Of a DNA stretch of 24,371 bases, positions 14,698-22,890 are shown one piece after another. The position numbers were made by a program, and so were the translations under genes. Positions within the stretch are counted from its first letter, which is position 1. The number at the start of each line of letters is the position of its first letter. This stretch comes from Candidatus Kapaibacterium sp. (GTDB taxonomy: Bacteria > Bacteroidota > Ignavibacteria > Palsa-1295): positions 1 to 24,371 of the forward strand of contig DASYAJ010000200.1 in the NCBI GenBank assembly GCA_036501405.1, given 5' to 3'. The notes under the pieces are model-generated. The model made no database searches, was not told the origin of the DNA, and saw nothing but the letters and a program-made list of their open reading frames with translations.

Positions 14698-17007
14698 ATG
14701 AATATCCATCTGATCGGTAACGCGCATCTCGATCCGGCGTGGATGTGGCGGATGCCCGAAGGCTTTGCCGCGTTTAGCGCGACGTGCCGTTCGGCGCTCG
14801 ATCGGATGAAAGAATTCCCGGGATTTATTTTTACCGCTTCGAGTGCCGCGCATTATGCATTTGTCGAACAAACGGATGCGACGCTTTTTGCCGAAATCCA
14901 GCAGGCTGTTCGCGAAGGACGCTGGGAAATTGCGGGGGGCTGGTGGGTCGAGGCCGATTGCAATCTCCCGAGCGGCGAGAGTTTCATTCGTCAGGCGCTG
15001 CTTGGTCAACGTTATTTCGAAAGCCGCTTCGGGAAGATTGTTACCGTCGGTTATAATATCGATAGTTTCGGGCACAACAAAAACCTTCCTCAGCTCTTGA
15101 AAAAAGCGGGGATGGATTCCTACGTCTTCATGCGCCCCCAACAAGAGGAAAAAAAACTTCCTGCGGCGCTCTTCGGATGGGAAGCGCCGAGTGGCGACCG
15201 CGTCGCCGCGTACCGGCTTCCCTTCCATTATTCGAACTGGAAATATGCGGTGCGCGAAAAGATAGAATTACTTCCCACCTTCGAACACTTCGATGCCTCT
15301 GCGGACTGGATGCTTTTTTTCGGCGTCGGAAATCATGGTGGTGGGCCGACGATCGAACAACTCCGCGAAATCGAATCGCTGCAACGAGAAGGAAAACCGG
15401 TAAGCTATAGCTCCCCAGCGCGATTTTTTGCCTCGGTCGATCAAGCAAACATTCCCACCGTTCGTGAGGAGATGCTGCCGCACGCCATCGGCTGCTACAG
15501 CGCCCATAGTGAGATAAAGCGGTTGAATCGCCTTGCCGAAATCATGCTTGCGCAGGCCGAAGCAGCGGAAGTCCTTGCAACGATGCTTGGCGTTCCTAAC
15601 GATTTTCGAAACGGATTAAGGCAAGCATGGGAGAATGTTTGCTTCAATCAGTTCCACGACATCTTAGGTGGTGTTGCTATTTCCGAAGCCTGCGATGACG
15701 CCATTTCGATGTACCGCGAAGCGCTTTCCATTGCCGAACGGGTGAAACGAATTTCGTTACAGCGTATTGCTGCGAGAATCGATACGTCGGAGCACATCGA
15801 GAACCTTATCGTCTTTAATTTCACCGCGCATGAGCGAAGGGAACGGATCGAATTCGAACTATGGCATCCTCACGCCAGCGAAAAAGGCGAGCCGATTCGA
15901 GCGGTATTCCTGCTGGATGAAGCGGGAACGAAAATTCCGGCGCAGCAGATTGAAGCGTCCGGGAAGATCGGTGGCGACCGCGTCCGGTTCCTCGCGCCGG
16001 TTTCGGTTCCCGCCTTTGGCTGGCGAACGTATGCCATCGAGCGTGTGATTGGCGAACCGTTATTTGTTTCCAAACCACAGCACACAGAATTACCCTTCGA
16101 ATATGCCGCTGCCATGATTGTCCGCGACGATTCCGATACCTGGTCCCACGGCGAGCAATCGTTCATGGATTTCGAGGAACCGTTCCAAGTCGATTCGATG
16201 GAAACGCACGAGGGGGGCCCGTTGCGTAAAAGCATTCGCGTTTGTTCCCATGTTCGCAATTCGAGAATGGAGGAAGAAATTTTTATCGAAGAGGGGAGCG
16301 AAGTCTATGACATTCGTTATTTGCTCGATTGGCGTGAGCAGCATAAAATGTTGAAGCTACGCTTTCCACATGGGTGCAAGGATCCTGTTGCAACTTACGA
16401 AATTCCCTACGCATGGACGCTGCGGCCCATTGGGAACGAAGAATGGCCAGGACAGAAATGGGTGAATGTCTCGGAGCGTGATGGTTCCCATGGCATTGCC
16501 ACCGTGACCGATTCGAAATATAGCTATTCCGTTGATGAGAACTATCTTTATGTCGTTGCGGCGCGCAGTCCCCTTTACGCGCACCACGTTCCGCCCCATG
16601 ACATAAAGCCGGGCGAGCAGCTGCGCTCTCTCGATCAAGGCGAGCAGGCGTTTCGAATTCTGCTGATTCGGCACGATGGGAACTGGAGCGGCAGCGCGAT
16701 CGCGCAGATCGAAAGTCCGCTTATTGCGCATCTGGAATCGCGTCATGCGGGCGCGCTTGCTCGGTCCTTCACGGGCATCGAGCGGCGCGGATGCGGCGTC
16801 CATATCGGCGCGATCAAGAAAGCGGAGGAGGGGAGTGGAATTATTGTTCGTGCGGTCGAATGCGCTGGCGAAGCGAGTGAATCGGACTTTGCGTTCCCAA
16901 TGCTGGGAGTAAAATGGAACGCCCGCTTTTCGGCCTTCGAAATTAAAACGTTCGAGATCGATCGCGGCACGGTTTCGGAAGTCGATTTTTTGGAGCGAGC
17001 GTTATGA
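14698..17007 (+). CDS. Glycoside hydrolase family 38 (alpha-mannosidase-like), cytoplasmic
   Basis: GNAHLDPAW (Zn ligands), GGWWVEAD, IDSFGH, GNHGGGP and NQFHDILGG. No signal peptide. Confidence 0.93.
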   Translation: MNIHLIGNAHLDPAWMWRMPEGFAAFSATCRSALDRMKEFPGFIFTASSAAHYAFVEQTDATLFAEIQQAVREGRWEIAGGWWVEADCNLPSGESFIRQALLGQRYFESRFGKIVTVGYNIDSFGHNKNLPQLLKKAGMDSYVFMRPQQEEKKLPAALFGWEAPSGDRVAAYRLPFHYSNWKYAVREKIELLPTFEHFDASADWMLFFGVGNHGGGPTIEQLREIESLQREGKPVSYSSPARFFASVDQANIPTVREEMLPHAIGCYSAHSEIKRLNRLAEIMLAQAEAAEVLATMLGVPNDFRNGLRQAWENVCFNQFHDILGGVAISEACDDAISMYREALSIAERVKRISLQRIAARIDTSEHIENLIVFNFTAHERRERIEFELWHPHASEKGEPIRAVFLLDEAGTKIPAQQIEASGKIGGDRVRFLAPVSVPAFGWRTYAIERVIGEPLFVSKPQHTELPFEYAAAMIVRDDSDTWSHGEQSFMDFEEPFQVDSMETHEGGPLRKSIRVCSHVRNSRMEEEIFIEEGSEVYDIRYLLDWREQHKMLKLRFPHGCKDPVATYEIPYAWTLRPIGNEEWPGQKWVNVSERDGSHGIATVTDSKYSYSVDENYLYVVAARSPLYAHHVPPHDIKPGEQLRSLDQGEQAFRILLIRHDGNWSGSAIAQIESPLIAHLESRHAGALARSFTGIERRGCGVHIGAIKKAEEGSGIIVRAVECAGEASESDFAFPMLGVKWNARFSAFEIKTFEIDRGTVSEVDFLERAL

Positions 17008-18368
17008 ATGCCGTGGTCGGAATCGATATTGGTTCTTCCGCAATCAAGGCGATGCTTCTTGGTGTGGAGGAACGCAACACGCTCGCGATCGAAAGCCAGC
17101 CGCTTCGTTCGAGGATAGAAGGAACGCCACCCGGACATTTCGAAGAAAATCCCCGAATCCTTCGGGAACAGTTCTTCGAGATCGTTCGCTTGCTTTCCGC
17201 TGCCTCGAAGAAAAGGAACGTTTGCATCGAGGGCATCGGATTTACAGGCCAAATGCATGGTGGGCTGCTCGTCGATTCCGCGTTGGAACCCGTTACGCAT
17301 TGCATCACCTGGCAGGATAAACGCGGGGACGAAATTTCGGAAAGCGGAAAAAGTTACGTCGAGGAACTGGAAGCTTTCGCTGCATTCGACGCAACCGGCG
17401 TGGGAATTAAAACTGGATTTCTCGTTACCTCGCTCTCTTGGTTGAATCGGAAGAACGCCATCGCTCGCAAGGCTGTCCATCTCCTCGGCATGTACGATTG
17501 GCTGATGAGCGTCTGTCTTGGGCGGGCCATGACCGATCTTTCGAGCGCGGCGGCGTGGGGGATATTCGATCCCAGTTTGCGGTCGTGGAAATGGGAATTA
17601 TTACGCGCGGCAGGAATTTCCGAATCGTTCCTTCCCGAAGTAGCCGAACCGGGAGCGTTTTTGGGAACGATCGATCCTGCTGTTGCGCAACAGTGCGATC
17701 TCGATACCAATGTTCGCATTCACGCATCCATCGGCGATACGCAGGCGGCGTATCTTGGCTCGGAATGCGCCAGCGATGAAGTCCTCGTGAACTTCGGCAC
17801 CGGCTCGCAAAGCCTGTGGGAAACTGCTCGCCACACTGCAACGCAGGGAACCGATATTCGGTATCTGCGCGAACGACGCTTCTTAGCATGTGCACCGACG
17901 CTTGCCGGTGGAGAGGCGTATCTCCTTACCGCGAAATTTTTTCAGGAAATAGTTCGAGAATGTTCCGGCGTGGAACTTTCGCGAGGCGAAACACTCCGCA
18001 TGATGGATCGGCTTGCGGAGAAGGGCGAGGCTCAGGGGCTTCGAATCGATCCTATTTTTCAGGGCAGCAAATTTCGTGATGTGGCGGACCGTGCTTCGAT
18101 TTCTGGAATCGGTGCGTCAAATTTTCATCCATCGAACGTCGTTTGCGCGCTCATCGAAGGAATGGCGGAAGAAATAGCGTGGCCATTTTTTGCACGGCAA
18201 GAAGCGCGGGCGTTCCATGGGCTTCGGGGCGGCGGATCGGCACTCCGAAAGAACCGCGCTTTGCAGGATGCAGTCGAACGGCGGTTTGGCTTGCCGCTTC
18301 ACATGGGCCGGTTCGACGAAGAAGCCGCAGCCGGCGCCGCGATGCTTGCGCTTACGCCTTCGGTTTAG
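17004..18368 (+). CDS. FGGY carbohydrate kinase, sedoheptulokinase-like
   Basis: GIDIGSS, GFTGQMHG, TWQDKRG, GDTQAA, NFGTGSQ and LAGGEAY. ATGA overlap with the GH38 stop. The subfamily call is by motif resemblance only. Confidence 0.8.
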   Translation: MNAVVGIDIGSSAIKAMLLGVEERNTLAIESQPLRSRIEGTPPGHFEENPRILREQFFEIVRLLSAASKKRNVCIEGIGFTGQMHGGLLVDSALEPVTHCITWQDKRGDEISESGKSYVEELEAFAAFDATGVGIKTGFLVTSLSWLNRKNAIARKAVHLLGMYDWLMSVCLGRAMTDLSSAAAWGIFDPSLRSWKWELLRAAGISESFLPEVAEPGAFLGTIDPAVAQQCDLDTNVRIHASIGDTQAAYLGSECASDEVLVNFGTGSQSLWETARHTATQGTDIRYLRERRFLACAPTLAGGEAYLLTAKFFQEIVRECSGVELSRGETLRMMDRLAEKGEAQGLRIDPIFQGSKFRDVADRASISGIGASNFHPSNVVCALIEGMAEEIAWPFFARQEARAFHGLRGGGSALRKNRALQDAVERRFGLPLHMGRFDEEAAAGAAMLALTPSV

Positions 18369-18418
18369 CGATATACAGCCAAAGAAGCAGAAATTGTGGA
18401 ATGCCGCGATTTTTTCCG

Positions 18419-18426
18419 TATTTTTG
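18419..18426 (+). promoter_or_regulatory. Candidate -7 box (TATTTTTG)
   Basis: CGTATTTTTG in the intergenic region, 139 nt before ATG 18566. Confidence 0.45.
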
Positions 18427-18565
18427 TATATTCGTTCTCGCAAGCCGCCCAATTCCAAAGTTTTGAGCGACTTTTACGAGCATTACGTGTTATTAGATTT
18501 GGATCATCATAACGTCCGACTCTTTTTTCGATTTTTTGTATCTCTAACACATCCCGGGTTTCCGC

Positions 18566-20215
18566 ATGAACCGTAAATATTTTGTTTTTTTGTTCGCCGT
18601 TTCGCTGAGCGTGGCACTGGCCATCAGTGGCTGTAAGCCGGGGACGGTCGATTATCAGGTTACTTCGTTTTCGACGCTGCGCATCATGAATTTTGCGACG
18701 ACGTGCGGCATTTCGAATACCGATGTCTCGCCGATGGACGTGTATGTCTGGCCGGTCGGTCAAAGCCAGCCCACGCAGGCGACAGCCCTTAATCTGGCCT
18801 TCGGCGGTGCGGCCGTTTATTCCAACCTGCTCCCCGCGGGAACGGATAACATCCTGATCACGCCGCACCTTATCCATTCGGTCGACTTGCAAACGACGAT
18901 CTCGCTCGCACCGCAGAGCGCCAGCAATACAGGCAAATACACATTCCTTGTCTCGGTGGACCCATCGACAGGCGCGTTCGTGCATACGCTTATTTCGGAC
19001 GGCGTATTGAATCCCGATACGAATTTGGCCTATGTTCGCTTCATTAATTTGCGCCCGAATGTCGGTACGCTCAGTGTACATGTCGATGATCCGGTCAGCG
19101 GCGACGTCATCACCGCGAACGGAGCGTTCGGTCAGGTCACGCAGTATGTCGGAATCCGTTCGAGGCTCGATACCAGTTTTGCTTTTATTGTCACGAACGC
19201 AAGCGGGCTTGTCTTGGCGCGGCTTTCATACCAAACCTTTACCGGCGGCAATTCTTACACGCTGGTCTATTCCGGCGATATTTGCAATACGACTGCCATG
19301 AACCCTGCCGACAGCCTGGAAAGCTCGAGTGACACTCTCCGCCTTCGCGCCTTCGACGACAATACGCTGGGCAGCGACCAGACATTTCCGGTCACGCAGA
19401 CTTTTCGCTATAATATCATCAACGATATGACACCGACGCTCTATCCGTACAACGCGGATCATCCGAGCGATACAGTACTCGGCTTTTTGGTCAATGGCGC
19501 CGCGTTTCCAGAATATTTTGGTTACTCTATTCCGCCGATCGATGTGTTTCAGGCGGGTGGCCAGAACCTTCCGAATCTGGTCAATGGAGCATGGGAAGTC
19601 CATTATCAAAGCGCCGTCTGGCCGAATCCTTTGACGGTCACCGCGTATATGACCGACATGAGTAACTCATTTCAGCAGCAACTCTTTACTGTAAACGTTC
19701 CACAAAGCTCGCAGTTTCAGCCGGTGAACAACGGAAAGGCTTATTCGTTGCTTTTTGCCGATACTATTCCGTCTCCTTCCGTAACCATCGGAAATTTGGA
19801 TACGACGATGACGTCACAGCTCCATACGGACCTCATTCAGTTGCCCGATTCGTCGGATCCGAATCAGATCACGATCGAGGTGATTTCCGGAATTAATCCG
19901 CAAAAACCGAATAGCTCGCCAACGACGAACTATTCGTTATTCTACTTCCAAACGCCGGATGGATCGGTCACCCCTGCTTCATCGAACACGATGGGGGGCT
20001 TGACTCTGGCCGGCAATAAGATTGTGCAGATTCCGCTCGCCGCTGGGACCAGCGAACAGATCATTGTGACCGATTCGATCGGAAAAGGCGGAAGTACGGC
20101 CTTACGTGTGCCGGGCAATACGACGAGTTTCACCGGCCAAGCCGGTGGAATTTATGAGGTCGTTTCGGAAGGGACGAAAGTCAATCCGCAATTGGTTGTC
20201 ATACACCTGAATTGA
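18566..20215 (+). CDS. DUF4397-like multi-domain lipoprotein
   Basis: Lipobox ISGC, repeated beta-sandwich starts (LRIMNF...PMDVYV, YVRFINL..N.GTLSV) and GNSYTLVYSG. Confidence 0.7.
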   Translation: MNRKYFVFLFAVSLSVALAISGCKPGTVDYQVTSFSTLRIMNFATTCGISNTDVSPMDVYVWPVGQSQPTQATALNLAFGGAAVYSNLLPAGTDNILITPHLIHSVDLQTTISLAPQSASNTGKYTFLVSVDPSTGAFVHTLISDGVLNPDTNLAYVRFINLRPNVGTLSVHVDDPVSGDVITANGAFGQVTQYVGIRSRLDTSFAFIVTNASGLVLARLSYQTFTGGNSYTLVYSGDICNTTAMNPADSLESSSDTLRLRAFDDNTLGSDQTFPVTQTFRYNIINDMTPTLYPYNADHPSDTVLGFLVNGAAFPEYFGYSIPPIDVFQAGGQNLPNLVNGAWEVHYQSAVWPNPLTVTAYMTDMSNSFQQQLFTVNVPQSSQFQPVNNGKAYSLLFADTIPSPSVTIGNLDTTMTSQLHTDLIQLPDSSDPNQITIEVISGINPQKPNSSPTTNYSLFYFQTPDGSVTPASSNTMGGLTLAGNKIVQIPLAAGTSEQIIVTDSIGKGGSTALRVPGNTTSFTGQAGGIYEVVSEGTKVNPQLVVIHLN

Positions 20216-20250
20216 TTTGCACATTGAATTTTTCAGTGCATTGAATTTTG

Positions 20251-20278
20251 AAAAGGCCGGCGTTTGCCGGCCTTTTTT
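20251..20278 (+). terminator. Rho-independent terminator, potentially bidirectional
   Basis: AAAAGGCCGGC-GTTT-GCCGGCCTTTTTT. Confidence 0.9.
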
Positions 20279-20313
20279 ATTGATATTTCATTCTTGCAGG
20301 CTGTTGTGAAACC

Positions 20314-20958
20314 ATGATGGAACAGGATGCAGCATTCGTGCTGCTGGGTGGAACCATAAACGAGTTCCCGGCGCATATCGAACGCGCGTGCTCTGTTGTC
20401 GCGGCCGATAGCGGTGCGGACACGGCGCGCGCCCGCGGCATTCCGCTCACGGCGATCGTTGGCGATCTCGATTCTGTTTCACCCGAAACGCTTCGGCATT
20501 ACGAAGCGCAAGTTCCCCCATGCGAAATCGTTCACATTGCCGAACAGGAGACCAACGATTTCGAGAAAGCGCTGCGCTATCTTTCGGACCGCTGGAGTGG
20601 GGAAGTCCGTATTTGGGGAATGACCGGCGGGCGCTTCGATCACACCATTTCGAACTTCAGCGTCATGCTGCGCTATCGCGACCGCTTCGAATCGCTCGTC
20701 GCAATAGATTCCTTCGGTTCTCATTCTTTTCTCACGTCGGTGCATCACAGCGTCGAGATCCATCGGCCGATCGGGACAACGGTTTCGCTGATGCCCTTCG
20801 GCGAAGCAACGGGAATCGTGACCACCGGCTTTCGCTATCCGCTTTCGGGCGAATCGCTTCGGCTCGGCGAACGCGAGGGCCTCAGCAATGTCGTGGTTGC
20901 GTCGCCTGCAAGCATCTCCATCGAAGGCGGTGCGCTGCTTGTCAGCGCGCTTCCTTGA
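20314..20958 (+). CDS. thiN: Thiamine diphosphokinase
   Basis: VAADSGAD, VGDLDS, TNDFEKAL, GGRFDHTISN and GLSN. Confidence 0.92.
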   Translation: MMEQDAAFVLLGGTINEFPAHIERACSVVAADSGADTARARGIPLTAIVGDLDSVSPETLRHYEAQVPPCEIVHIAEQETNDFEKALRYLSDRWSGEVRIWGMTGGRFDHTISNFSVMLRYRDRFESLVAIDSFGSHSFLTSVHHSVEIHRPIGTTVSLMPFGEATGIVTTGFRYPLSGESLRLGEREGLSNVVVASPASISIEGGALLVSALP

Positions 20959-20959
20959 G

Positions 20960-21226
20960 TTAATGGGTGATAATCGTTGTTGTATCGGCCGTTCCAGAAG
21001 AAGAGTTTTGACCGGGTGAAGTTTTTTGTCCTGGAGAAGTTTTTGGCGTATCGGCGGGGGCTGGAGTTCCCATCGCTGGCGATAGCGGAGCCGGTGCCGT
21101 CGTGGAATTATATTGAGAGGAATTCGTCGTGGTGCTCGATGTCGTGTCGATTGTCGGCAAATTCTGTTGTTTCGAGCACGCAGCCATTAGCAAAAGCCCA
21201 GCCATAAGCAGAAGGAGTTTTTTCAT
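20960..21226 (-). CDS. Small S/T/P-rich lipoprotein
   Basis: MKKLLLLMAGLLLMAAC lipobox followed by a low-complexity, probably disordered 71-aa tail. Confidence 0.8.
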   Translation of the reverse strand: MKKLLLLMAGLLLMAACSKQQNLPTIDTTSSTTTNSSQYNSTTAPAPLSPAMGTPAPADTPKTSPGQKTSPGQNSSSGTADTTTIITH

Positions 21227-21276
21227 AAGAAATGGAAAATAATTAAAAATCCAGCTCTTGCAAAAAGCTCTCCAAA

Positions 21277-21466
21277 AAAGAACCAGGATTTACTGGATGG
21301 AAAGGATGATTGCAGGATAGCTTGGTTCTGCCATACGAACGAGATTACTTGACGGCAAAGACATTGCAAGATAGCTTCGTACTCGAACTCCTTCGGCACA
21401 AAGTGGCACTTCTTATCGTTTCCCCCATCCTAAAAATCCTTTCCATCCAGTAAATCCTGGTTCTTT
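21277..21466. repeat. 190-bp unit bounded by a perfect 31-bp inverted repeat (REP-pair or MITE-like)
   Basis: AAAGAACCAGGATTTACTGGATGGAAAGGAT (21277-21307) is the exact reverse complement of 21436-21466. No clear target-site duplication. Confidence 0.9.
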
Positions 21467-21468
21467 CT

Positions 21469-22812
21469 ATGTTCGAAAACCTATCCTCCCGGTTCGAAGA
21501 AGTCTATAAAACAATTCGGGGCCATGCGCGGCTGACCGAAAGCAACGTGGCGGACATCACTCGCGACATTCGGCGGTCGCTGCTGGATGCCGACGTGAAT
21601 TACAAAGTCGCGAAGAAATTCGTCGACGATGTGCAGTCCAAGGCGCTGGGCGCGGACGTGCTGCGTTCGATCAATCCCGAGCAGCAGTTCATCAAGATCC
21701 TCTATGACGAACTCGTCCTGATGATGGGCGAGACGTCGAAGGATATTAGTTTTGCCGCTGAACCGCCGACGATCGTCATGGTTTGCGGCTTGCAGGGCTC
21801 TGGTAAAACGACGTTTTCGGCTAAACTTGCGAACCAACTCAAATCGAAAAACCGAAAACCATTACTCATTGCTGCCGATATTTATCGTCCCGCCGCCATC
21901 GAGCAATTAAAAGTTCTCGGGCAGAGCGCGGATGTTCCGGTCTTCTCGATTGATGGCGAAAAGAATGCCTTGAAGATTGCCGAAGAGGGGGTTCGCTTTG
22001 CCCGCGAACATGCCAATGAAGTGGTCATCATCGATACCGCCGGGCGCCTCACCATCGACGAAGTGATGATGCAGGAAGTCGCCGATATTAAAGCGCGCGT
22101 CAAGCCGACGGAAATTCTTTTTGTCTGCGACGCGATGATCGGCCAGGATGCCGTTACCACGGCAAAAGCGTTTCACGACAAGCTGAAATTCGATGGCGTC
22201 GTGCTCACGAAGCTCGATGGCGATGCTCGTGGCGGCGCGGCGCTTTCGATTCGTTCCATCGTCAACGAACCGATCAAATACGTTTCAACGGGCGAGAAGC
22301 TCGATGCGTTGGAACTGTTCCATCCCGACCGCATGGCGAGTCGTATTCTCGGCATGGGCGATGTCGTTTCGCTTGTCGAGCGGGTCGAAGCGCAGATTTC
22401 GGAAGAAGAAGCAAAAGAAGTCGAGGAAAAACTGCGCCGCGCGGAGTTTACGTTCGACGATTTTCTTACGCAGCTTGGGCATATCAAAAAAATGGGTTCC
22501 ATGCGCGATTTGCTCTCGATGATTCCCGGCGTGAACTCCTCGATGCTCGGCGATGCTTCGTTCGATGATAAAGCGATGGGCCGGGTCGAAGCGATTGTGC
22601 ATTCGATGACGAAAGACGAACGCCGGTTCCCAGCGGTCCTGAACGGCCCTCGCCGCGCCCGTATCGCGCTCGGATCGGGAACGAGCGTCCAGGAGGTGAA
22701 CCGGTTGGTCAAACAGTTCACCGAAATGCAGAAGATGATCAAGAAGATGTCGCGGGGCAAAATGTCTTCGCAAGTGAAGGAACTGATGAAAGCGAAGGTG
22801 CCAGCGGAATAA
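21469..22812 (+). CDS. ffh: Signal recognition particle protein
   Basis: ALLDADV-like N domain, GLQGSGKTT, DTAGR, TKLDGDARGG and a Met-rich M domain with RRARIALGSG. Confidence 0.98.
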   Translation: MFENLSSRFEEVYKTIRGHARLTESNVADITRDIRRSLLDADVNYKVAKKFVDDVQSKALGADVLRSINPEQQFIKILYDELVLMMGETSKDISFAAEPPTIVMVCGLQGSGKTTFSAKLANQLKSKNRKPLLIAADIYRPAAIEQLKVLGQSADVPVFSIDGEKNALKIAEEGVRFAREHANEVVIIDTAGRLTIDEVMMQEVADIKARVKPTEILFVCDAMIGQDAVTTAKAFHDKLKFDGVVLTKLDGDARGGAALSIRSIVNEPIKYVSTGEKLDALELFHPDRMASRILGMGDVVSLVERVEAQISEEEAKEVEEKLRRAEFTFDDFLTQLGHIKKMGSMRDLLSMIPGVNSSMLGDASFDDKAMGRVEAIVHSMTKDERRFPAVLNGPRRARIALGSGTSVQEVNRLVKQFTEMQKMIKKMSRGKMSSQVKELMKAKVPAE

Positions 22813-22836
22813 AACTGCCGATATATTTTCGACAAT

Positions 22837-22865
22837 AAAAGAACACCCGCCTCGGCGGGTGTTTT
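22837..22865. terminator. Bidirectional terminator between ffh and the convergent gene
   Basis: AAAAG-AACACCCGCC-TC-GGCGGGTGTT-TT. Confidence 0.85.
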
Positions 22866-22890
22866 CGTTCCTAACTTTTCGATCTGGTTG

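Noticed and set aside
20216-20313. TPP riboswitch upstream of thiN
   Set aside because: No GCTGAGA/CTGA...TAATGC aptamer core. The interval is explained by a terminator and a CATTGAATTTT duplication.
21258-21466. CRISPR array or SRP RNA (ffs) next to ffh
   Set aside because: Only two imperfect 20-nt repeats and no cas genes. No CAGG...GGAA...AGCAG helix-8 motif on either strand.
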